Shown piece after piece: positions 34,514-41,443 of a stretch of DNA of 64,000 nt. Each line of letters starts with the position of its first letter. Position 1 is the stretch's first letter. The DNA comes from Desulfobulbaceae bacterium (GTDB taxonomy: Bacteria; Desulfobacterota; Desulfobulbia; Desulfobulbales; SURF-16), in NCBI GenBank assembly GCA_024637145.1, contig JAGXFQ010000039.1, positions 2,860-66,859 on the forward strand, given 5' to 3'. The notes beneath the pieces were generated by a model. That model was given only the letters and a program-made list of their open reading frames with translations, searched no databases and was not told the DNA's origin. The position numbers and the translations under genes were made by a program.

Positions 34514-35695
34514 ATGGCCAACAAACCAGATGATATCTTAGATTTTTTACTGCCGGTGAACAACAACCTCAATTTGGGCAAAGCGTACAGAAGCATTGAG
34601 GATGCTGCCTTTCATATTTTACAACCCAAGGTCTATGAAGAACTGGAACACCAGGTGGCGCCCATCCAGGCCGAGGACACTGAGTGCCTGAAGATCCTCC
34701 AAAAAGCTGCCCGAGGGCTCTTACAAAGAAACAACATCAAGGGGAGTGTTCAAGGCAGGATCAAAAGTCTCTACAGCCTTCACTGCAAAATGGCCCGTAA
34801 AGGGGTCAGCCTTGAAACCATCATGGACCGCGTCGCTCTGCGGATAATCGTCTCCAGCGTCCCTGAATGCTACCAGGTTTTAGGCCTGCTCCATGCCCAT
34901 TTCCAACCGGTTCCCGGCACCTTTATGGATTACATCGGCCAGCCCAAGGAAAACGGCTACCAATCCCTGCACACCTGCGTTTATCCGTTTCGCGATATTT
35001 CACATAAAAACATTGAATTTCAAATCCGCACCGAACTGATGCATACAGAGGCGGAATATGGTGACGCCGCCCACTGGAAGTATAAAGAGGGAACCGGCTC
35101 AATTATCACCGGCAACCAGGTAAAACGCGCCGGCCAGGAAGCTCAGAACCAGCAGCAGCAAGAACCCATAGGTACAGCTGCCTTTATTAAACTTCTCTGC
35201 CAGCAGATGGCGGCTGACCATATCGTTATTTTTGGTACCAGCGGCCACAAGGTGTGGCTTCCGGAAAACGCCACGGTGGAGCACTATTTAAAGAAAACCA
35301 ACAGCACTCTTTCTCCGCCCCCCTTAATCAAAGTAAATAACAGAACCGTGGCCCTGGGTCATATCCTGAAAGATGCGGACACCATTGAAGTCATTGCGCA
35401 GGGAAAAGTGCCGCGGCAAAGATCTGTCCCTGCCAGGCGCCCGCGCCGACCTATCTATGGCACAAAACAGCCAACCTCCCGAGGTTCCGCCTGGAAAACA
35501 AACCCACCTCTGCCGTCAAGCCGGCAGCTCATCTCAAAGGATCTGGGCAAGACGACGCGGTGCAGCACAGACAAGAAGGGCGATGCCGCACATAATGCAG
35601 CAGAGAGGAGTCGCGGCCGGGATATGTGGAGGCCAGGACCCACGCCGGCCTCCCCCCTCTTCCCTACAGACTTCAAAAAAAGCTCTGTTCAATAG
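34514..35695 (+). CDS. RelA/SpoT-family (p)ppGpp synthetase domain + TGS domain, no HD hydrolase domain
   Basis: RIKSLYSLHCKMARKG, DRVALRIIV, ENGYQSLHTCV and EFQIRTELMHTEAEYGDAAHWKYKEG are all the synthetase motifs. They are followed by a TGS-like IVIFGTSGHKVWLPENATVEHYL...TIEVI. Only about 80 aa precede the synthetase domain. The last approx 100 aa are Arg/Pro/Ser-rich low complexity. Confidence 0.8.
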   Translation: MANKPDDILDFLLPVNNNLNLGKAYRSIEDAAFHILQPKVYEELEHQVAPIQAEDTECLKILQKAARGLLQRNNIKGSVQGRIKSLYSLHCKMARKGVSLETIMDRVALRIIVSSVPECYQVLGLLHAHFQPVPGTFMDYIGQPKENGYQSLHTCVYPFRDISHKNIEFQIRTELMHTEAEYGDAAHWKYKEGTGSIITGNQVKRAGQEAQNQQQQEPIGTAAFIKLLCQQMAADHIVIFGTSGHKVWLPENATVEHYLKKTNSTLSPPPLIKVNNRTVALGHILKDADTIEVIAQGKVPRQRSVPARRPRRPIYGTKQPTSRGSAWKTNPPLPSSRQLISKDLGKTTRCSTDKKGDAAHNAAERSRGRDMWRPGPTPASPLFPTDFKKSSVQ

Positions 35696-35776
35696 AGATA
35701 CGATCTTTGCACGAAAGGATTCGTGTTGTCCGGCGCACAGCAAAGAGACAACACCTATCCTGCCATAATAATTTGA

Positions 35777-35788
35777 GGGGGGGGGGGG
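35777..35788. repeat. G12 homopolymer tract
   Basis: Twelve consecutive G (35777-35788) lie in the 253-bp gap between the convergent RelA/SpoT-like and ABC-F genes. Confidence 0.95.
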
Positions 35789-35948
35789 CATGTCTCCTGT
35801 TCCTCTTTACTCCCTGCATCTGTTGAGGCAGGGCCGCGTTCACAGGGGACAACAAAGGCAAAGAACTGGAGAAAAGACAACTTCCTGTTCTTCATGGTGG
35901 TAGATCATGGGCAAAAAAAGTTGCCGTTCAAGATCCACCACCATGATG

Positions 35949-37568
35949 TTACGCTGATAATTCAAGCCGCAACTTGGCCACCCTCTCATCAAGCAGATAC
36001 TCGTCAAAGGGCATCATCTGATCGATAATGCCACCGGGAAGAATCTCCACGATGCGGTTGGCAACGGAGGAGACGAACTGGTGATCGTGGGAGGTGAAAA
36101 GCACCACCTCGGGGAAGGCGATCAGGGCATTATTAAGGGCGGTGATGGACTCGAGATCAAGATGGTTGGTGGGCTCATCCAGAATCAGGGCATTGGCCTC
36201 GGAGAGCATCATCCGCGACAACATGCACCGCACCCGCTCCCCACCTGAGAGCACCGATGTTTTCTTCAGGGCCTCTTCCCCGGAAAAAAGCATCTTGCCC
36301 AGGAAACCGCGGGCAAAACTCTCTCCCTCGGTGACCGGGGTAAAACGGCTCAGCCATTCCACCAGGTTGGTATTATCCTGAAAAAAGGCGTTATTCTCCT
36401 TGGGAAAATAGGAGGTGGACATGGTCACTCCCCACCGAAAGCTACCGCTATCAGGGGCCATATCCCCGGCCAGAATGGCGAAAAGAGTGGATTTGGCCAG
36501 GCTGTTGGTGCTGCCGACAAAGGCGATTTTCTCCCCTTTATTGACGGTCAAACTGAAATTCTCCAGCACAGAGACGCCGTCCACCTCCTTCCCCAACTCC
36601 GTAATTTCCAGAATATTGTCACCGCAGGACCGACTTGCCTTAAATTGGATAAAGGGATACTTGCGGGAGGAAACCGGCATATCCTCAATGGTCAGCTTCT
36701 CCAAGAGCTTTTTACGGGAAGTTGCCTGCTTGGCCTTGGAGGCGTTGGAGGAGAAGCGCTGGATGAAATCCTTGAGTTCCTGGGCCTTGGTGGACACCTT
36801 TTTGTTCTCGTTCTGTTTCTGCTGGAGGACAAGTTGGCTGGCCTCGTACCAAAAATCATAATTGCCCACATAGACAGTGACCCGGCCGAAATCGATATCC
36901 GCCATATGGGTACAGACCTGGTTTAAGAAATAACGGTCATGGGAGACGATGATCACCGTGTTGGTGAAACGCTCCAGGAAATGCTCCAGCCAGGTGATGG
37001 AATCGATATCGAGGTTGTTGGTGGGCTCATCGAGAAGCAGGACATCCGGATTGCCGAACAGGGCCTGGGCCAGGAGGACCCTGACCTTCTCGCCACCCTC
37101 AAGATCCTTCATCTTCTGATGATGGAGATTCTCGCCAATACCGAGACCGGCCAGGAGGGTACCGGCCTCAGACTCGGCCTCATAGCCATTCATCTCACCA
37201 AACTCGGCCTCCAGTTCCCCGCTGCGGATACCGTCCTCGTCAGTGAAATCGACCTTGGCATAGATGGCCTCACGTTCCATCATCAGCTCATAGAGGCGAG
37301 CATGCCCCATGATCACGGTATGAAGAACGGTCTCCTCATCAAAGGCAAAATGATCCTGGCGCAGCATGGCCAGGCGCTCCCTTGCTCCCAGGGAGACCTC
37401 TCCCCGATCCGGTTCAATCTCGCCGGCCAGGATCTTCAGGAAAGTGGACTTGCCGGCACCATTGGCGCCGATGAGCCCATAGCAGTTGCCAGGGGTGAAC
37501 TTAATAGTGACGTCTTGAAAGATGACCCTTTTGCCATAGGAGAGGGCGACATTATTGGCGTTTATCAT
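35949..37568 (-). CDS. ybiT: ABC-F family ATPase (YbiT-like)
   Basis: 539-aa ORF collinear with E. coli YbiT as I recall it. There are two ABC cassettes with no TM domain. The first Walker A is GANGAGKST, the signatures are LEGGEKVRV and LSGGERVRC, and the Walker B motifs are LLLDEPTN and LILDEPTN. The second P-loop is atypical (GSTNSLAKST). Confidence 0.85.
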   Translation of the reverse strand: MINANNVALSYGKRVIFQDVTIKFTPGNCYGLIGANGAGKSTFLKILAGEIEPDRGEVSLGARERLAMLRQDHFAFDEETVLHTVIMGHARLYELMMEREAIYAKVDFTDEDGIRSGELEAEFGEMNGYEAESEAGTLLAGLGIGENLHHQKMKDLEGGEKVRVLLAQALFGNPDVLLLDEPTNNLDIDSITWLEHFLERFTNTVIIVSHDRYFLNQVCTHMADIDFGRVTVYVGNYDFWYEASQLVLQQKQNENKKVSTKAQELKDFIQRFSSNASKAKQATSRKKLLEKLTIEDMPVSSRKYPFIQFKASRSCGDNILEITELGKEVDGVSVLENFSLTVNKGEKIAFVGSTNSLAKSTLFAILAGDMAPDSGSFRWGVTMSTSYFPKENNAFFQDNTNLVEWLSRFTPVTEGESFARGFLGKMLFSGEEALKKTSVLSGGERVRCMLSRMMLSEANALILDEPTNHLDLESITALNNALIAFPEVVLFTSHDHQFVSSVANRIVEILPGGIIDQMMPFDEYLLDERVAKLRLELSA

Positions 37569-38090
37569 GATGGATCCATTACATTTTTACCTGGACCAGC
37601 CCCAAGGCCGGGCGCCAGTGCTTTAAAACAAAAAGCCACAGGAAGGAGTCCCTGTGGCCGCGATGCCTACCCTATATAGCATTTCTGACGGCCTGGCGCC
37701 ACGATTTTTCAGTAAGCAGAGTGGACCGGGCCATGTCCTCCCCTCCCCTTCACCTGGCACAAAGACGCCACCCCCTTTTTCCCCAAAAACCCTGCCTACT
37801 CTCCAGCCCCACGCCAGGAAGGCCCGAACGGGCATAAAAAACAACAAGGGTATGGGTGGACAAGGTATGGATTGTACCTGGGAATAATTCGAGTAACAAG
37901 AAGTTGCAATGGGTAGGCAGGGAAGCATGCCAGGAATGGCATTGCAGATAAAAAGGGGGACAAGCCCCCGCGGAGCCTTGAGCCGCGGAGGGAGGGTATT
38001 GGGTAGATTTTTTTGGGGAAGGCGCTGGCCACCATAACCCCCCTATAACTTGCCAATAATTCAGGGTAAATCTGCCCCACCAAAAAGGCC

Positions 38091-38130
38091 AAAAAAAACG
38101 GGAAACCAAACTTAACAGCTTGATTTCCCG
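38091..38130 (-). terminator. Rho-independent terminator after tRNA-Glu
   Basis: On the minus strand: CGGGAAA (38130-38124), an 18-nt loop, TTTCCCG (38105-38099), then TTTTTTTT (38098-38091). It begins 13 nt after the tRNA 3' end. Confidence 0.6.
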
Positions 38131-38142
38131 TGACATTTTACA

Positions 38143-38217
38143 TGGTGACCCCTAGGGGAATCGAACCCCTGTTACCGGCGTGAGAGGCCAGTGTCCTGAC
38201 CGCTAGACGAAGGGGCC
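38143..38217 (-). tRNA. tRNA-Glu (anticodon CUC)
   Basis: The 75-nt reverse complement is GGCCCCTTCGTCTAGCGGTCAGGACACTGGCCTCTCACGCCGGTAACAGGGGTTCGATTCCCCTAGGGGTCACCA. It folds as a cloverleaf with a 7-bp acceptor stem, D arm GTCT/GGAC, anticodon stem CTGGC/GCCGG with loop CTCTCAC, T arm AGGGG-TTCGATT-CCCCT, and an encoded CCA. It is near-collinear with E. coli tRNA-Glu. Confidence 0.9.
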
Positions 38218-38258
38218 ATGTTATAAGCCGTTTTAATTACTCTGCTGGCCATACTTTG

Positions 38259-39788
38259 TCAAGCATCTTCCTCCTCCTTTTCCGCAAAAAAGGTACGGCC
38301 ATAAAATTCGTTTTCCTTTCGCAAAAAGGCTGCCACTTCATCACTCAAATAATGGGGGGCACAGCGCCACAACCAATTACCTTCCACAGTGGCAGGCGTG
38401 TTCATCCGGCAATCAGAACCAAAGCCCAAGAGATCCTGCATGGGCAGCACTGCCATGGTGGCAGTGGAGGAAAGCGCCAGACGGATAAAATCAAGATGAA
38501 CAGCAGAGCCGTCGCTGTTGGCATAACGGAGCATTCTCTCTCTGGTTCGTTGAGAAACCTCGGGATCGAAAAACCAGCCCACGGAGGTGTCATTATCATG
38601 GGTGCCCGTATAGATGAGACAGTTGGGATCGGTGAGATTGTGGGGAAGATAGTTATTTGCCGCATCGGAATCAAAGGCAAACTGCAGGACCTTCATTCCC
38701 GGAAAACCAAGATCAGCCCGAAGTTTTTCCACCGCTGGAGTCAGCATACCGAGATCTTCGGCAACAATGACAAGATCCTTGACCACATCTGCCATTTCCG
38801 CAAAAAAAGCAGACCCCGGTCCCTTGTGCCATTTCCCTTTAACAGCCGTCTTTTCCTGGGCCGGGATCACCCAGTAGGACTCAAAGGCCCGGAAATGATC
38901 GATCCGCACCATATCCAGCATGGAGGAGAGCACCTGGAATCGTTTGCGCCACCACCGATAGACCGCGGCATTAGCTTTTGTTTGTTGCTGCCAAAGATAT
39001 AAAGGATTCCCCCAGCGCTGACCTGTGGCACTGAAATAATCAGGTGGGACGCCCGCCACATTACGGGGGGCGCCGCTTTTGGGGTCAAGGTCAAAACAGC
39101 CCTGATTGGCCCAGACATCACTTGAATCATGGCTTACATATATGGGTATGTCCCCAAAGAGCAGGACCCCTTTTTGGCGGGCATAGTCCTGCAGCTGGTG
39201 CCACTGTGCAAAAAAAAGATACTGACAGAACTTCTGAAATTCCACGGCGTCTTCATTCTTCTCACAAAAGAGCGCCAGCTCCTTACCGTCACGCCTGGCG
39301 ATGGCCGGCGGCCAACAATTCCAGGCAGCATTATCAAATTTTTCCTTCAAGGCCATAAAAAGGGCATATTCATCAAGCCAATCTTTCTCAGCGGCGCAAA
39401 AGGTCACAAATTCCCGCTGCCTTTCACCGGAAAGCTGACGATAGGCCTTGACAAACAAGGGTTGGCGAACAACATCCGCATAGCTGAAATCTGCCGTATA
39501 CGGGGAGGATGTCTGTAAGCCTTCAAGATCGCCTTCCTCCAGAAAACCTGAGGCAACCATCAAGGCAGGACTGATAAAGAGCGGATTCCCGGCACAGGCG
39601 GAGAACCCCATATAAGGAGAAAAGCCAAAGGTCCCGGAGGTGGGGCCGGTGGGCAGAAATTGCCAGCAGCGGACGCCGGCCTTAACAAGGAAATCGATAA
39701 AAGGAAAGCCGCCGCCCATATCACCGCTGCCATATGGCCCTGGCAACGATGAAATATGAAGCAGAATGGCCGTAGAACGTTGGGGCAT
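38259..39788 (-). CDS. malQ: 4-alpha-glucanotransferase (amylomaltase, GH77)
   Basis: 509-aa ORF with STAILLHISSLPGPYGSGDMG, GDIPIYVSHDSSDVW, VRIDHFRAF and YTGTHDNDTSVGWF, the characteristic MalQ motifs. Confidence 0.9.
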   Translation of the reverse strand: MPQRSTAILLHISSLPGPYGSGDMGGGFPFIDFLVKAGVRCWQFLPTGPTSGTFGFSPYMGFSACAGNPLFISPALMVASGFLEEGDLEGLQTSSPYTADFSYADVVRQPLFVKAYRQLSGERQREFVTFCAAEKDWLDEYALFMALKEKFDNAAWNCWPPAIARRDGKELALFCEKNEDAVEFQKFCQYLFFAQWHQLQDYARQKGVLLFGDIPIYVSHDSSDVWANQGCFDLDPKSGAPRNVAGVPPDYFSATGQRWGNPLYLWQQQTKANAAVYRWWRKRFQVLSSMLDMVRIDHFRAFESYWVIPAQEKTAVKGKWHKGPGSAFFAEMADVVKDLVIVAEDLGMLTPAVEKLRADLGFPGMKVLQFAFDSDAANNYLPHNLTDPNCLIYTGTHDNDTSVGWFFDPEVSQRTRERMLRYANSDGSAVHLDFIRLALSSTATMAVLPMQDLLGFGSDCRMNTPATVEGNWLWRCAPHYLSDEVAAFLRKENEFYGRTFFAEKEEEDA

Positions 39789-40090
39789 AGGGATGACCTC
39801 ATATTTTTAAGGAGTGGAGATAGAGGATTTAATTATGCGAGAGGCCTTAGGGAAAGTCAAGCAGCGTCTGGCGCCAAGACCAAAAAATGATTGCTATTCC
39901 TTTATTTTTTTTGTATCTTACGAAGTTTTCTTGTCACTGGTGAAGCATCTGCTGGTGTCAGGTATTTTTTTTGCCTGCGGAGCCCCCAAAACCGGGCTCC
40001 GCACCGGTTTATTCAGAAGCCAGGAACAAAATTATCCTATGGGCTTCTTTATTCTATTGAACAAAGTCCTTTTACATATTTCCCGGGAGT

Positions 40091-41398
40091 GTGCCTGTGC
40101 CAGCAGACATTCAAGCTAAATTACAGAAAATGAGTAAACAATGTGGTTGTGTCAGCATTGACATGCTCAACGATCTCATTTCTGAAGAAAAAGATGTCTC
40201 CTATATTGACCACATCTTTGACTTCCTTGAAAAAAAAGATATCAAGGTTGTCGATTACCTCCCATCTGACCAGGAAGATCAAGATGCCGCTGATGGCAGC
40301 GAAGATGATGGTCCTCCTTCCAGGAGCCAGAAATTTGAGCCGGCCCAGGAAGCAGAAGAAACAACGACCACCTATCTGCGCGAGATGGGTCGATTCGACC
40401 TTCTCACCCCTGCTGAAGAAGAAAAATACTCCAAGATCATCCGCGAGGGCTTTGACTCCATCATCAAAACCATCCGCACCAACGAATCGATGTTGCCGGA
40501 AGTGAGCAGCCTCGTGGAACGTATTGACCTCTGGGAAAAACGCGATCCCACCTTGAAACCGAAAAAACAGCATTTAAATCATATGCGCCGCACCATCCAG
40601 GCCATTGCTGCCGTCCACGAGGAGAACGAGCCTATTCGGGCGGCCAACCACCGCATATCCCTCTATACCCGCTCCATCGAAACAGCCAAAGACGCCATGA
40701 TCAAGGCCAACCTTCGGCTGGTGGTCTCCATTGCTAAACGCTATATGCACCAGGGATTGAGCCTTGCCGACCTGATCCAGGAGGGCAATCTCGGCCTTAT
40801 GCGGGCCGTATTTCGTTTCGATTATACCAAGGGTAATAAATTTTCCACCTATGCCAGTTGGTGGATTCGGCAGGCCATCACCCGCGCCATCCTGGACAAA
40901 ACCAGAACCATCCGGCTGCCCGTTCACTTCCTGGAGCTGCGCAGCCAGTTTTTCAAGGCCTTCTACTCGCTCCTCAAAGAGCTGGGCCGTGAACCAACTC
41001 CGGTTGAGATTTCTGAAAAGACCGGCCTGCCCATGGACAAAATCCTGGCCATCCTCGAGGCCTCACGAGAACCCATCTCCCTGGAAACCCCAGTGGGAGA
41101 CGATGACTCAACCCTGGGTGATTTTCTGGAAAATCAGGAAGCAATCTCCCCCTATGAGTCCGTGAAAAACAGTGAGCTGGCTGATCGGGTTACCGGTATT
41201 CTTTCCACCCTGAGCCCCAGGGAGGAGAAAATAATCCGCCTCCGCTTCGGCATAGGCGAAGATGCGGAATACACCCTGGAGGAAATAGGCAAGCGCTTTA
41301 ACGTTTCCAGAGAGCGTATCCGCCAGATTGAGAAAAAGGCCCTCAACCGGCTTCGTCATTCAAGCCGTCGGGAAAAGCTGAAGTTCTTCCTCGATTAA
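40091..41398 (+). CDS. Sigma-70 family RNA polymerase sigma factor (group 1/2, RpoD/RpoS-like)
   Basis: GTG start at 40091. It has an acidic spacer, region 1.2 TYLREMGRFDLLTPAEE, region 2 ANLRLVVSIAKRYMHQGLSLADLIQEGNLGLMRAVFRFDYTKGNKFSTYASWWIRQAITRAI, and region 4 YTLEEIGKRFNVSRERIRQIEKKALNRLRH. Confidence 0.85.
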   Translation: MPVPADIQAKLQKMSKQCGCVSIDMLNDLISEEKDVSYIDHIFDFLEKKDIKVVDYLPSDQEDQDAADGSEDDGPPSRSQKFEPAQEAEETTTTYLREMGRFDLLTPAEEEKYSKIIREGFDSIIKTIRTNESMLPEVSSLVERIDLWEKRDPTLKPKKQHLNHMRRTIQAIAAVHEENEPIRAANHRISLYTRSIETAKDAMIKANLRLVVSIAKRYMHQGLSLADLIQEGNLGLMRAVFRFDYTKGNKFSTYASWWIRQAITRAILDKTRTIRLPVHFLELRSQFFKAFYSLLKELGREPTPVEISEKTGLPMDKILAILEASREPISLETPVGDDDSTLGDFLENQEAISPYESVKNSELADRVTGILSTLSPREEKIIRLRFGIGEDAEYTLEEIGKRFNVSRERIRQIEKKALNRLRHSSRREKLKFFLD

Positions 41399-41410
41399 GA
41401 GACTAAACAA

Positions 41411-41441
41411 AAAACCGCTTTGCAAAAAGAGCGGTTTTTTT
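41411..41441 (+). terminator. Rho-independent terminator after the sigma-factor gene
   Basis: AAAACCGCT(41411-19), a 10-nt loop, AGCGGTTTT(41430-38), with the T run extending to 41441. Confidence 0.65.
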
Positions 41442-41443
41442 AC

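Noticed and set aside
35534-35861. Minus-strand ORFs 35534..35791 and 35673..35861 as real (phase-variable) genes.
   Set aside because: Their sequences are low-complexity, I see no SD, and they overlap the 3' end of the RelA/SpoT-like ORF. I kept only the G12 tract as an observation.
36939-37679. 246-aa plus-strand ORF opposite the ABC-F gene. The same situation applies to 38256..39002 (opposite malQ), 57628..58386 (opposite purM), 6018..6746 (opposite the peroxidase gene), 18031..18804, 42086..42961, 21742..22446 and 21920..22612.
   Set aside because: Each overlaps, in antisense, a gene with strong family motifs. None has motifs or plausible signal, start or SD features of its own.
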